Notes: generated by a model from the letters alone, not told the origin. DNA of 64,000 bases from an uncultured Acidibacter sp. (GCA_964599335.1 CAZRFN010000001.1:12186-76185); one strand, 5' to 3'; counted from the first letter of the stretch, positions 18,497 through 28,492 are shown. Numbers and translations are program-made.

Positions 18497-19041
18497 GGAG
18501 CTCTCTCCGCAGGTAACTCACGCCCCAGCATCGCGCGCACCCAGGCATAGCCTTCGCGGCGGGGAAGCGTACGGCACTGCCCCTGCAGTTCGCCGGTGGA
18601 TGTCCGCCACTCGCCATTCCGCATGTCGATCGTCGAGTCCGGCAACTGGAGGAGGCCTGCGGCCGCGTCGATTCGAGCCTTGCCGACGACGTCCGATACC
18701 CGACGAAGTTCGCCCTGATTTTCATAGACCGACAGAGGTCGGACGTCAGTTGTTTTACGACGGACTAGTTGAATGAGGTAATCCCAGATCGTCGCTATCT
18801 GCGCCCAGAAACTCTTTTCGCGCAGTCGGTAAAGTCGATAGGACTCGGTGTCGGGCGTCACGCCCAAGGCGTCGCACCGCAGGAAGTCATCACACGTGCT
18901 GCACAATAAGTTGATTCGGATCTGCAAAGACTCGGACGGTAGCGGCGCGGGCCCCCGATCGCAGCCGGCGAGCAACAACAACGCCGCAACGAGCGTCGCG
19001 CTGCCAAGTCGGGTCGATCGAACGAGTCGTGGAAGTGTCAC
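18493..19041 (-). CDS. hypothetical lipoprotein
   Basis: GTG 19041 gives 'VTLPRLVRSTRLGSATLVAALLLLAGC' (lipobox LAGC). The stop overlaps the downstream start. The track's longer N-terminus would collide with the divergent gene. Confidence 0.5.
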   Translation of the reverse strand: MTLPRLVRSTRLGSATLVAALLLLAGCDRGPAPLPSESLQIRINLLCSTCDDFLRCDALGVTPDTESYRLYRLREKSFWAQIATIWDYLIQLVRRKTTDVRPLSVYENQGELRRVSDVVGKARIDAAAGLLQLPDSTIDMRNGEWRTSTGELQGQCRTLPRREGYAWVRAMLGRELPAERAP

Positions 19042-19123
19042 CCGACGATTTCGGTCGGGGCTGCCCACCAAGTCAACTTTGAGCGATAAAAGCGTGTACC
19101 TTGCGGACAGAGGGGGTCCAAAG

Positions 19124-19810
19124 ATGGCTTCGAATTCTTCCTTCTGTACGTTGGTAGCAGGCTTGCTACTGTCTGGATGTTCTCTCGCTCCGGTGACCTT
19201 GGTCGCCCCCGCGAAGAAGACTGATAGCTTCTGCATCGAGGCCCAGACGGCCATCGTCGGCTCCAAAGTTCAAGCACGGAACGAGATCCACACGGACCTC
19301 GCCTCCTTCACCAAGTCGAAACCCGTCGCTCGCCCTCTCGTCACCACTCAATATGTCTGGCCAGAGAGCGCCGCACCCAATGCGACCGCGATGAGGGTGT
19401 CCTGCAAGATGAAGACGGCTGATCATCTGGTCAGTGAATACGGCCCGGAGGCTGCGGGCGCCGATATCGGGTGCAGCGGTGTGAACGCACTCACCTTACA
19501 ACGCGTCCTTAACTCCATGACTCCGGCCGAGCGCCGACGCGCACGGTTCGACGGCGGAAAAAAAGTAGTGATGGACCCGGACATCGTGACGACGATGGGC
19601 CCTATTTGGCTCGAGCCTTATGCCATGGCACGCGTCGACGAATCGGGGCATTTGCGAATACAGGCAAAAGCCATGCGTAACGACTGGCTCGACCCGCGTT
19701 ACCTCGCCGCACCTCCACAATTTCGGGGGACGCGTTACTGTCATCTCGTCGCACCGGAGTATCTGCGACGGCTACTGCTCGGCGAGGTCAAGCCAGTCAG
19801 CGCATCGTGA
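19124..19810 (+). CDS. hypothetical lipoprotein
   Basis: ATG 19124 gives '[19 protein letters not shown]' (lipobox LSGC). No family recognised. Confidence 0.5.
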   Translation: MASNSSFCTLVAGLLLSGCSLAPVTLVAPAKKTDSFCIEAQTAIVGSKVQARNEIHTDLASFTKSKPVARPLVTTQYVWPESAAPNATAMRVSCKMKTADHLVSEYGPEAAGADIGCSGVNALTLQRVLNSMTPAERRRARFDGGKKVVMDPDIVTTMGPIWLEPYAMARVDESGHLRIQAKAMRNDWLDPRYLAAPPQFRGTRYCHLVAPEYLRRLLLGEVKPVSAS

Positions 19811-21152
19811 CGAACTCTTCCGCGCTCGTCGGATGGATAGCGATGGTGTCGTCGAAGTCGCGTTTAGTCGCACCCATCTTCACGGCGACGGCGAACCCTT
19901 GAAGCATTTCGTCGGCGCCTGCGCCGATGACGTGACAGCCCACCACTCGTTGCTCGGGGCCCACCGTGACCAATTTCATTTCGGCACGCGGCTTGCGCGA
20001 TGTTAGGGCGTGATACATCGGCACGAACCCTGAAGTGTAGACCTTCAAAGATTCTGCGCCGTATCGATCTCGGGCTTCCTGTTCGCTGAGGCCCACCGTA
20101 CCGATCGGTGGGTGACTGAACACCACCGTCGGGATGTTCGAGTAATCGAGATGGCGCTCAGTCATGCCCCCGAAGACTCTGTCAGACAACCGACGTCCCG
20201 CGGCGATCGCCACAGGCGTCAACAAGGCGCGCCCCGTGACGTCCCCGATGGCATAGATGCCGCCGACGTTGGTTTGCTGAAATCGATCGACCGCGATGTG
20301 CCCGGAGTCATCCAGTTTCACGCCTGCACGATCGAGTCCGATCCCCTCGACCATCGGGTCACGACCGATAGCCCAGACGACGCAGTCGAACGCGCCGAGA
20401 GTGCGTCCATCTGCCGTAAGCACACGCAGACTGCCATCGGCATCGCGTTCGATCGCGCGAGGCGTGGCATTCGTTTCGATAACCGTGCCCTCATCACGCA
20501 TGATCTTCATGAGGGTGTCGCCGAGCATGCTGTCGAAGTGACGCAGCACATGCTCGTGGCGAATGACGAGCGAGACCCGACTACCGAGCGCCGCGAACAC
20601 CCCGGCAAGCTCGACGGCGATGTAACCGCTACCCACGACTGCGACTCGGTCGGGTTTTTTCTCGAGAGCGAAGAATCCGTCGGACGTAATCCCGAACTCT
20701 GCGCCCGGAATGGCGGGCACGGCGGGTCGACCTCCCGTTGCGATCACCACGTGCGGGGCCTCGAGTGCGTCGTCGTCGACCCTCACCTCGCCTACCGCAG
20801 TGAAGCGACCATGCCCTCGCAGAAGTTCGATTTTTTTGTTCGCGAGATTGCGTTCGTAGATGCCATTGAGTCGATGGATATAGGCCTCGCGCGACTCTCG
20901 AAGCGCACTCCAGTCATGACCGCGCAGTTCTAGATCGAAGCCGTAGTACGCCGCATCATGCGCCGCATGAGCGATCTGGGCGGCATTCCACATGACCTTT
21001 TTCGGAACGCAGCCGACGTTGACGCAGGTGCCCCCAAGTCGCGCAGACTCGACGAGCGCCACTTTGGCGCCGTATTCCGTCGCACGTTGAGCGCAGGCAA
21101 GCCCGCCACTGCCACCGCCGATCACCACCAGATCGAATTTTCTCGTCGTCAT
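19797..21152 (-). CDS. gor: glutathione-disulfide reductase
   Basis: '[47 protein letters not shown]' (redox-active CxxxxC) and C-terminal '[13 protein letters not shown]'. Start placed at ATG 21152. Confidence 0.9.
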   Translation of the reverse strand: MTTRKFDLVVIGGGSGGLACAQRATEYGAKVALVESARLGGTCVNVGCVPKKVMWNAAQIAHAAHDAAYYGFDLELRGHDWSALRESREAYIHRLNGIYERNLANKKIELLRGHGRFTAVGEVRVDDDALEAPHVVIATGGRPAVPAIPGAEFGITSDGFFALEKKPDRVAVVGSGYIAVELAGVFAALGSRVSLVIRHEHVLRHFDSMLGDTLMKIMRDEGTVIETNATPRAIERDADGSLRVLTADGRTLGAFDCVVWAIGRDPMVEGIGLDRAGVKLDDSGHIAVDRFQQTNVGGIYAIGDVTGRALLTPVAIAAGRRLSDRVFGGMTERHLDYSNIPTVVFSHPPIGTVGLSEQEARDRYGAESLKVYTSGFVPMYHALTSRKPRAEMKLVTVGPEQRVVGCHVIGAGADEMLQGFAVAVKMGATKRDFDDTIAIHPTSAEEFVTMR

Positions 21153-21231
21153 GGCCGAATCGTACACGGCGTCCCGACCTCTTGCTGCGGGGAGCATGAC
21201 CGTTTCGTCATCCGTGCATTACCCTAGGGCC

Positions 21232-22011
21232 ATGACCAAGACCACCATCGCCACCTGGAACGTCAATTCCCTGAGGGTTCGACTCCCTCAACTTGCCGAA
21301 TGGCTCGCCACCGCGAAGCCCGACATCGTTGCTCTGCAGGAAACCAAGATCCCGGATCCCGATTTTCCGGCAGAAGAGATCGCCAATCTCGGATATGAAG
21401 TCGCCTACACCGGACAGCGCACGTACAACGGCGTCGCCATACTTTCCAAAAAACCGCTGAACGTCATCGCTACCGGCATTCCCGGATTCGAAGACGAGCA
21501 ACGAAGGGTGCTCGCCGCGGAGACCGACGGTCTCGTCGTGCTCGATCTCTATGTGCCAAACGGCCAGGAACCAGGCTCGGACAAGTACGCTTACAAACTC
21601 CGTTGGCTCGAGGCGCTCGACCACTGGCTGCGAAGCGCTTTGCTCAAAGATCGTGAGGTCGTCGTACTCGGTGACTTCAACATCGCACCGGAAGATCGTG
21701 ATGTGCATGATCCCGCCGCTTGGGTCGGAAGTGTGCATGTCAGCGAACCGGAGCGCGCCGCGTATCGAAAACTGCTCGACGCGGGGCTCGTCGATGTCTT
21801 CAGAAATTTTGATCAGCCCGAGAAGTCGTTCAGCTGGTGGGATTACCGCGCAGCCGCTTTCCGACGTAATCACGGACTGCGGATCGATCTGATCCTCGCG
21901 ACCACCGCCCTCGCAAAACGTTGCGTGGCCTCGCACATCGATCGCGAGCCGCGCCGCGCAGAGCGTCCCTCAGACCATACGCCGGTGGTCGCTGAGTTCC
22001 ACCGCGAATAA
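21232..22011 (+). CDS. xthA: exodeoxyribonuclease III
   Basis: 'IATWNVNSLRVRL', 'DIVALQETK', 'GDFNIAPEDRD', 'SDHTPVVAEF'. Start placed at ATG 21232. Confidence 0.9.
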   Translation: MTKTTIATWNVNSLRVRLPQLAEWLATAKPDIVALQETKIPDPDFPAEEIANLGYEVAYTGQRTYNGVAILSKKPLNVIATGIPGFEDEQRRVLAAETDGLVVLDLYVPNGQEPGSDKYAYKLRWLEALDHWLRSALLKDREVVVLGDFNIAPEDRDVHDPAAWVGSVHVSEPERAAYRKLLDAGLVDVFRNFDQPEKSFSWWDYRAAAFRRNHGLRIDLILATTALAKRCVASHIDREPRRAERPSDHTPVVAEFHRE

Positions 22012-22737
22012 GGCTGCAGACGCGGGCGCGACATGGGCCACGAAGCGATGGTGCAGCTCTTCGATACGCGCCAGCACGATCTCCCGACCGTCGATCGACG
22101 AAGACTCGATGGCGCGTGACAGGACCTCGGGGGTGAGTTGACTCAGGCACTGCGTCGCGAGGGGCGCAAAACTTAGATGCCAAGGCTCGGGGCTGACACC
22201 GCGGGGTTCTTCTCCTCCGGTCGGGGCCACGTACGGACGAAAAAAACCGAACCGATGCATGTGCGTATCAAGCCAGGCCGTGAGTGACGCAAAGGGCCCG
22301 TCGCTGGCGTATTCCTCGGGGACCAACTTCAACTGAGATCGCTCGGGCATCGCTGCAGCGTCGAAAACGTCGAAATCTGTGCCCCAATGGTGTCGGCTCG
22401 CACCCGGCAGCGCCGACCACAGAAGAATTGCATCGACTCGCTCCTCGGGCGAAAGCGACGCCGCATCCAACTGATTACCCGCTCGGTCGAGAATCGGGCG
22501 TTCGCCGCGAAATTTCCCGTTCCAGATCGCCAGCTGACGATCGAAATCCCTGAATGAGGACGCGGCTCGCAGATCGAGACCCTCCGTCTGCGCCGCCTCA
22601 CGCAAAGCGTGGAATGCAGGCATCACGTCTCTATGGAGGGTACAGCCGATATCCGTCGCTTCTACGACATGCGTACGACTCCGGCCAGTCAGTTCGAGTT
22701 CGCCGAGAAAGCCACGCAGAGGTTGCACGAGCCGCAT
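21970..22737 (-). CDS. M15 family metallopeptidase (D-alanyl-D-alanine carboxypeptidase/VanY-like)
   Basis: 'SSFRDFDRQLAIWNGKF', 'SRHHWGTDFDV'. The start is uncertain because ATG 22737 overlaps the divergent ABC-F ATG. Confidence 0.7.
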   Translation of the reverse strand: MRLVQPLRGFLGELELTGRSRTHVVEATDIGCTLHRDVMPAFHALREAAQTEGLDLRAASSFRDFDRQLAIWNGKFRGERPILDRAGNQLDAASLSPEERVDAILLWSALPGASRHHWGTDFDVFDAAAMPERSQLKLVPEEYASDGPFASLTAWLDTHMHRFGFFRPYVAPTGGEEPRGVSPEPWHLSFAPLATQCLSQLTPEVLSRAIESSSIDGREIVLARIEELHHRFVAHVAPASAALFAVELSDHRRMV

Positions 22738-24658
22738 GAGCGGCGAGCATACACGTACAATCGCGCCCGTGATTCATCTGCGCAATATTCAACTTCGACG
22801 CGGTCCCGAGCCCTTACTCGAGGACGTGTCGGTCAGCATCCTCCGCGGCGAAAAGGTCGGACTCGTCGGCCGGAATGGCTGTGGCAAATCTTCACTCTTG
22901 ACCTTACTGCGCGGAGAGCTCGCTCCCGACCGCGGCGAATTCGAGTTTCCCGGCAAACTTTCCGTAGCGTCGGTGGCGCAAGAGCTGCCGCACTCACAGC
23001 AACCGGTCATCGAACATGTCATCGATGGCGACGCCGCTCTGCGCGCCTGCGAGCTTGAGCTCGCCCAAGCGGAGCAATCGGACGATGGCATGCTTCACGC
23101 TAACCTGCTCGGTGAATACGATGCGCTGGGTGGATACACGGCTCGTACGCGAGCTGCCGAATTGCTCGATGGTCTTGGCTTCGACCCGGCCGCCATCGAT
23201 CGCCCCATCGCCGATTTTTCTGGCGGTATGCGCATGCGGGCAAATCTCGCGCGAGCACTCATGTGTCGCTCCGATTTGCTCTTGCTCGACGAGCCGACCA
23301 ATCACCTCGATCTCGATGCCGTGCTCTGGCTACAAGACTGGCTGCAGTCGTACCCGGGCACACTCATCCTCGTCTCGCACGATCGAGACTTTCTCGATGC
23401 CATCATCGGTCGCGTACTGCATATCTCGGCGAAGCGCATAGACAGTTACACCGGAAACTTCAGCGAGTTCGAAACTCAGCGACTGTCACGCCTTGCGCAG
23501 CAGCAAGCTGAAAACGATCGAATCAAGCGCGAGACCGAGCGCGTTCAAAGTTTCATTGATCGATTCCGCGCACAAGCCACTAAAGCCAGGCAGGCTCAAA
23601 GCCGTATCAAATGGCTGGAGCGACTTCCGGCACTCGTCACGCAACATGTCGATGCCGCGTACGACTGGGAATTCAAGCTACCGCGGAAGTTGCCTGCACC
23701 GCTCGTCGATCTCGACCAGATCAGCGCAGGATACGGCGATCGCACGATCATCGCCGGCGTAAAACTATCGATCGCGCCAGGCGCGCGGCTCGGTATCCTC
23801 GGCCGAAACGGCGCCGGCAAATCGACGCTAATGAAAACGATCGCTGGCGAACTCGAGCCGAAGACGGGCACGCGGACGGGCGCACCCGATCTCGAGACAG
23901 GTTTTTTTGCTCAGCTCGAGGTCGATCAGCTCGACGCCTCGAGCACAGCCATCCTCGAACTGACCCGTCGCGGCGGTCCCGAAGCTGCGGCTTGGGGAGA
24001 ACAGCAAAAGCGCGACCATCTCGGTCGATTCAACTTTTCGGGCGATCGCGTGTTCGAGCCGGTGGCGTCATTCTCGGGTGGTGAACGCGCGAGGTTATCG
24101 CTCGCCATTCTGGTAGCGCGACGACCCAATCTCTTGTTGCTCGATGAGCCCACCAACCATCTCGATCTTGAGATGCGCGATTCCCTACTCCTCGCCTTGC
24201 AGGAGTTCGAGGGCGCAGTGGTCGTCGTGTCGCACGATCGAGGGTTATTGAGCAGCGTCTGCGACGAATTCGTGCTCGTCGGTCACGGCGAGGTCATGCC
24301 TTTCGATGGCGACCTGGCTGATTACGCCAATTGGCTCTCGCGTCGATCACGTGCAGCGTCGACCTCTGGCAGTTCAGATTCGAATCAGGCGCCGTCGCGT
24401 AAGGAGCGAAAACGTCAGGAAGCCGAGGGCCGAAATGCGATCACGCCCCTTCGAACCGAGCTTCGAAAGGTGGAGAAAGATCTTGAGCGCCTCGGCAAAG
24501 AGCGACTGGAACTCGAACAACGGATGGCGGACCCCAAGGCTTATGCCTCGACCGATGCGGCGCTCGCGAAGTTGCCAGAGACACACGCCAAACTCTTGGG
24601 ACGGATCGCCTCGCTCGAGGAGCGATGGCTGGAGCTCAGCGAACGACTGTCGGGCTGA
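22736..24658 (+). CDS. ABC-F family ATPase (YheS/Uup-like, two ABC domains plus C-terminal coiled coil)
   Basis: Two Walker A motifs ('GRNGCGKSSLL', 'GRNGAGKSTLM'), two signatures ('FSGGMRMR', 'FSGGERAR') and no TM domain. An alternative in-frame GTG start lies at 22769. Confidence 0.9.
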   Translation: MSGEHTRTIAPVIHLRNIQLRRGPEPLLEDVSVSILRGEKVGLVGRNGCGKSSLLTLLRGELAPDRGEFEFPGKLSVASVAQELPHSQQPVIEHVIDGDAALRACELELAQAEQSDDGMLHANLLGEYDALGGYTARTRAAELLDGLGFDPAAIDRPIADFSGGMRMRANLARALMCRSDLLLLDEPTNHLDLDAVLWLQDWLQSYPGTLILVSHDRDFLDAIIGRVLHISAKRIDSYTGNFSEFETQRLSRLAQQQAENDRIKRETERVQSFIDRFRAQATKARQAQSRIKWLERLPALVTQHVDAAYDWEFKLPRKLPAPLVDLDQISAGYGDRTIIAGVKLSIAPGARLGILGRNGAGKSTLMKTIAGELEPKTGTRTGAPDLETGFFAQLEVDQLDASSTAILELTRRGGPEAAAWGEQQKRDHLGRFNFSGDRVFEPVASFSGGERARLSLAILVARRPNLLLLDEPTNHLDLEMRDSLLLALQEFEGAVVVVSHDRGLLSSVCDEFVLVGHGEVMPFDGDLADYANWLSRRSRAASTSGSSDSNQAPSRKERKRQEAEGRNAITPLRTELRKVEKDLERLGKERLELEQRMADPKAYASTDAALAKLPETHAKLLGRIASLEERWLELSERLSG

Positions 24659-24675
24659 GTGGAATATCTGACCCC

Positions 24676-24747
24676 AGAAAGAAAAATGGGCGGATCTTTC
24701 GATCCGCCCGAACGGGGGTCACTCGTCAGAAGGGACGGTTGACGAGC
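24676..24747 (-). ncRNA. candidate small RNA (about 65-70 nt), unannotated
   Basis: Lies between a near-consensus promoter (TTGACA-N16-TACAAT) and a Rho-independent terminator on the same strand, in a convergent intergenic gap. No ORF. C/U-rich loop and CCCCC single-stranded stretch. The TSS position is estimated, not observed. Confidence 0.4.
24688..24709 (-). terminator. Rho-independent terminator (minus-strand orientation)
   Basis: GGGCGGATC-GAAA-GATCCGCCC, a perfect 9-bp stem. Followed on the minus strand by ATTTTTCTTTCT (24687-24676). The plus-strand side lacks a T-tract. Confidence 0.65.
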
Positions 24748-24750
24748 ACA

Positions 24751-24805
24751 ATTGTACCGGCCGACCCGGGCCTGTCAAGCATTTGTATAGAACAAAAGCT
24801 GTACC
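24751..24805 (-). promoter_or_regulatory. sigma70-type promoter with upstream inverted repeat (candidate operator)
   Basis: Minus strand: GGTACAG-N8-CTATACA (24805-24784), 5 nt, TTGACA (24778-24773), 16 nt, TACAAT (24756-24751). Confidence 0.5.
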
Positions 24806-24859
24806 AATCAGGACACCTTCGAAACCGGAAGAATTGTCTTAAATATTAGACACTTATTG

Positions 24860-25099
24860 TTACAGTTTTTTGTGGGATCCGTCGCAAAGCGGCGCCTTGG
24901 CCGTGTGCTTGCAGCCGCAGAACCAGACCGTTCCGGTCTTGTCGGCGTCGTATTTCATCGGCGTGAAGGCCGAACCTTTGTGTGACCCGTCGCAGAAAGG
25001 CTGCTTGGCGGACTTGCCACAGGTGCACCACCAATAGGTTTTCCCCGTCTCGACATCCACGGCATACGGGGTTTTGCTGGCAATGACTGGATCGGACAT
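24860..25099 (-). CDS. CDGSH iron-sulfur domain protein (two CDGSH motifs)
   Basis: 79 aa from ATG 25099. 'CTCGKSAKQPFCDGSH' and 'CGCKHTAKAPLCDGSH'. The longer track ORF has a non-coding-like N-terminus. Confidence 0.85.
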   Translation of the reverse strand: MSDPVIASKTPYAVDVETGKTYWWCTCGKSAKQPFCDGSHKGSAFTPMKYDADKTGTVWFCGCKHTAKAPLCDGSHKKL

Positions 25100-25150
25100 G
25101 AGGGAAATTCCTGAAGTTAAACTGCCGCGCAGTCTATCCCGAGGCCTCGC

Positions 25151-26338
25151 ATGACCACCATTGGCACTCCCCGCAAACCTTCGGCCACACGCCTGATGCT
25201 GCTCGGCTCGGGAGAGCTTGGAAAAGAAGTCGCCATCGAAGCCCAGCGCCTCGGTCTCGAGGTGATCGCCGTCGATCGATATGCCGATGCACCGGCCATG
25301 CAGGTCGCGCATCGTGCTCACGTCATCCGCATGCTCGATCGATCCGCTTTGCGCGAACTCGTGTTGAAAGAGCAGCCCCAGTTCATCGTCCCGGAAATCG
25401 AAGCGATCGCCACCGAAGAATTACTCGCGCTCGAGGCGGAAGGGTTCAACGTCATCCCGACCGCACGCGCTGCGCGATTGACCATGGACCGCGAGGGTAT
25501 CCGACGTCTCGCCGCCGAAGAGTTGGGTCTACCCACCTCGCCTTACCGATTCGCTTCGACGCCCGACGAGTATCGAGCAGCCGTTACCGCTATCGGTATG
25601 CCTTGTGTCGTGAAGCCGGTGATGTCGAGTTCCGGAAAGGGCCAAAGCGTCATCAAGGAATCTGCCGATATCGATCGCGCCTGGGATTACGCACAAGCCG
25701 GCGGTCGCGCAGGTGCGGGCCGAGTGATCGTCGAAGGCTTCGTCGAGTTCGATTACGAAATCACGCTGCTAACGGTTCGCCATGCAGGCGGCACGTCGTT
25801 CTGCGAACCGATCGGCCATCTGCAAATCGCGGGTGACTATCGTGAGTCGTGGCAACCGCACCCGATGACAGACGCTGCGCTCAAAGAAAGCCAACGAATC
25901 GCCGAACGTGTTACCGCCGCCCTAGGCGGACGAGGCCTGTTCGGAGTTGAGCTTTTCGTGAAAGGCGATTCGGTGTGGTTCAGCGAGGTGTCACCCCGCC
26001 CTCACGATACCGGCATGGTCACGATGATTTCGCAGGACCTCTCGGAATTCGCGCTGCATCTGCGCGCCATTCTCGGGCTACCCATCCCGGTGATTCGTCA
26101 GTTCGGTCCGTCTGCATCGAGCGCGCTGCTCATCGAAGGCGACTCCGCTGACGCAAGTTTCAGCGGACTCGACGCGGCGCTCGCCGAGCCTGATACCTCA
26201 CTGCGACTTTTCGGAAAGCCCGAAGTGAGTGGTCAGCGACGGATGGGCGTCTCGCTCGCCAGAGCCGACTCGATCGATGCGGCACGTGCAAAGGCTCGAC
26301 GTGTCACCGAAATCGTGACGAAAGGCACCCGGCTTTAA
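25151..26338 (+). CDS. purT: formate-dependent phosphoribosylglycinamide formyltransferase
   Basis: '[44 protein letters not shown]', '[14 protein letters not shown]', '[15 protein letters not shown]'. Confidence 0.95.
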   Translation: MTTIGTPRKPSATRLMLLGSGELGKEVAIEAQRLGLEVIAVDRYADAPAMQVAHRAHVIRMLDRSALRELVLKEQPQFIVPEIEAIATEELLALEAEGFNVIPTARAARLTMDREGIRRLAAEELGLPTSPYRFASTPDEYRAAVTAIGMPCVVKPVMSSSGKGQSVIKESADIDRAWDYAQAGGRAGAGRVIVEGFVEFDYEITLLTVRHAGGTSFCEPIGHLQIAGDYRESWQPHPMTDAALKESQRIAERVTAALGGRGLFGVELFVKGDSVWFSEVSPRPHDTGMVTMISQDLSEFALHLRAILGLPIPVIRQFGPSASSALLIEGDSADASFSGLDAALAEPDTSLRLFGKPEVSGQRRMGVSLARADSIDAARAKARRVTEIVTKGTRL

Positions 26339-26346
26339 GGGTAGTC

Positions 26347-27276
26347 TCAGGCGTCGTCGCGCCAACGTCGCAAACGGATCGCCAGCAAAACGAATATCGC
26401 GGCGACCGCGAGCCCCGAGTAAAGATGCAGCTCGCCGAGCAATGATGCTGCGCTCATCCCTTCGTACGTATTCTTGATGGAATCGAAGATCACTTGCGAT
26501 CCGGCGCCCGTCTCGACGTTAAAGCCCATCGACGCCGCTTCGAAGTAATGCGTCAATCGATATCCGACGAGCTGGGAGACATGCTCCGTGTTGAAAATAA
26601 TCTCCTCGAAGAGCATCACGAGCGCCGGCGGCAGCACAGCCCAAAGAAACGGGGATCGCTTCGCCCAAACCGACACCAGTAGCAACCAGCCGGCGATGGG
26701 GGCGTACCACAGCGAAGCAATCAAAAGGTTCTGAAGAAGCGTCAACTGCAGAACGAACCAAGCGCCGAAATGAAACTGCCCGAGCGGTGCGATCGGTGTT
26801 CCTGCGACTTTTAAGGCGATGATCAGGAAGGTCAAAAGACCCATCACGAGCGACACGGCCCAAACCCATAGTGGTATGGCAACCATGGAGGTAAACAACT
26901 TGGAAAGCACCGTCGCCGAATCAGAGACCGGCATCGACTTCCAAAACAAGATACTGCGATCCTTGCGTTCGGCGTAGAGCGCATCGAGCAAATAGAAAAA
27001 TAGAACGATGATGGTGATGGCGAGTACGGGGAGCCCGAGGGATCCCATCCAGATACTGAAGAGCCTCGCTTGAGCGACTTCATCGGTCGCCAATCGGGCG
27101 AAGAACGCCGAGCTCTCGCCGTCGAGCTCGACATCGAATCGAATGCTTCCGGAGACATTCGAGCTGATGATCGCGGCGAGTACGATGAGCGCAGCCGTGA
27201 TGACGGGCACCCAGATCAGGCTACGATGCTCCCAGGTTTCCCGCTCGACCAGCGTGAAAAAAGACTTGGTGTTCAT
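26347..27276 (-). CDS. ABC transporter permease (ABC-2-like, multi-TM)
   Basis: 309 aa with about 6-7 hydrophobic helices. Start overlaps the stop of the upstream ATPase gene. Confidence 0.7.
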   Translation of the reverse strand: MNTKSFFTLVERETWEHRSLIWVPVITAALIVLAAIISSNVSGSIRFDVELDGESSAFFARLATDEVAQARLFSIWMGSLGLPVLAITIIVLFFYLLDALYAERKDRSILFWKSMPVSDSATVLSKLFTSMVAIPLWVWAVSLVMGLLTFLIIALKVAGTPIAPLGQFHFGAWFVLQLTLLQNLLIASLWYAPIAGWLLLVSVWAKRSPFLWAVLPPALVMLFEEIIFNTEHVSQLVGYRLTHYFEAASMGFNVETGAGSQVIFDSIKNTYEGMSAASLLGELHLYSGLAVAAIFVLLAIRLRRWRDDA

Positions 27277-28136
27277 GGCGCACTCCCGGCCATCTTTGCA
27301 ACGAAGAGATCAGCCACAGAAGGCGTTCGTATCTCGCCGAGCGCAGCAAGCTCGGCGGCCTCACGCCCCTCAAATACGAAGGCAGTGCGGCCGAAGACTT
27401 CACGTTCGTGAATCGGACCCAGCCGACGAGCGGCCTCACGCGAGTCGCCATTCGCGATCAACTGGACGAAGCGACTCGGGAGATCATCAATAGCGGAGTC
27501 GAGCACGATCCGGCCATGATTGATGAGCAGCACGTCGGTCAGCAAATGTTCTACTTCTTCGACTTGGTGCGTCGTGACGAGAATGGTGCGCTCGTGATCG
27601 AAGTAATCGTTGAGCAGAGCTTCGTAGAACGCCCTCCGATAGAGAAGATCGAGACCGAGCGTGGGTTCGTCGAGCACCAGCAACTTCGCATCGATCGCCA
27701 TGATGAGCGCGAGATGCAGTTGGGTGATCATGCCCTTCGAGAGCTCGCCGACTTTGCTTCGCCCACGAATTTCGGTGCGTGCCAATACGGCGTCGGCGCG
27801 CGCTCTGTCGAATCGGGGATGAACGCCTGCAACGTAGTCGATGGCGTCGTTCACACGCAGCCATTTGGGCAGCACCGCAACGTCTGCAATGAAACAGACG
27901 TCCTGCATCAGACTGTCGCGCTCGCGTCGCGGGTCGCGGCCGAGCACATTCAGGTGGCCCTCAAATGGCGTCAAACCGAGAATAGCCTTGAGGGCGGTGG
28001 TTTTTCCGGCGCCGTTCGGCCCCATGAGACCGACGATTCGGCCGCGCCCCACCGTGAAACTCGCGCCATCGAGTGCGACGGTCTGCTTTACGTAACGCTT
28101 GCGCAAATCTTTGGCGATGATGACTGCATCAGTCAT
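27273..28136 (-). CDS. ABC transporter ATP-binding protein
   Basis: 'GLMGPNGAGKTT' Walker A, 'LSKGMITQLHLA' signature, 'LLVLDEPTLGLD' Walker B. Start placed at ATG 28136 (ATGA overlap with the GntR stop). Confidence 0.9.
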   Translation of the reverse strand: MTDAVIIAKDLRKRYVKQTVALDGASFTVGRGRIVGLMGPNGAGKTTALKAILGLTPFEGHLNVLGRDPRRERDSLMQDVCFIADVAVLPKWLRVNDAIDYVAGVHPRFDRARADAVLARTEIRGRSKVGELSKGMITQLHLALIMAIDAKLLVLDEPTLGLDLLYRRAFYEALLNDYFDHERTILVTTHQVEEVEHLLTDVLLINHGRIVLDSAIDDLPSRFVQLIANGDSREAARRLGPIHEREVFGRTAFVFEGREAAELAALGEIRTPSVADLFVAKMAGSAP

Positions 28137-28492
28137 TTTTGTTTTCCTGTGGACATCAACTCGTCTACCGCGAAGCCCAACCTCTCGATCGTGGCTCGGG
28201 TACGTGGCCACTCGTCGCGAAGGAATCGGCCGCGCTCATCTTTGAGCAGGGTTTCGCGGGCTCCGGCGTTGACGAACATCCCTCGTCCTCGACGCTTCTC
28301 GACGAGCTGCTCGTCGGCGAGCTCCTGATAGGCCTTGAGGACAGTCAGCGGATTGATTCGAAACTCTGCCGCAACGTTACGTACGGAGGGCAAAGGGTCG
28401 CCCTCTTTCAATACGCCCTCGAGAATCATCGCCACCACACGATCGCGTAGTTGGCGATAAATCGGTGCGTTGTCAGTCCATTGCGGGTCCAT
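28133..28492 (-). CDS. GntR family transcriptional regulator (YtrA subfamily, short)
   Basis: 'PIYRQLRDRVVAMILEGVLKEGDPLPSVRNVAAEFRINPLTVLKAYQELADEQLVEKRRGRGMFV'. 119 aa, typical YtrA size and ABC context. Confidence 0.9.
   Translation of the reverse strand: MDPQWTDNAPIYRQLRDRVVAMILEGVLKEGDPLPSVRNVAAEFRINPLTVLKAYQELADEQLVEKRRGRGMFVNAGARETLLKDERGRFLRDEWPRTRATIERLGFAVDELMSTGKQK

Noticed and set aside
22735-22738. Divergent start codons of the M15 peptidase (ATG 22737) and the ABC-F gene (ATG 22736) overlapping as CATG.
   Set aside because: This is probably an annotation artefact rather than biology. ABC-F has an in-frame GTG at 22769 that matches the usual N-terminus ('VIHLRNIQLRRG'). Neither candidate has a clear SD, so the starts are left uncertain.
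24688-24709. The hairpin as the terminator of the plus-strand ABC-F gene.
   Set aside because: On the plus strand the stem is followed by GAACGGGGG with no T-run. The T-tract exists only on the minus strand. It may still impede plus-strand read-through, but its orientation fits the minus-strand unit.
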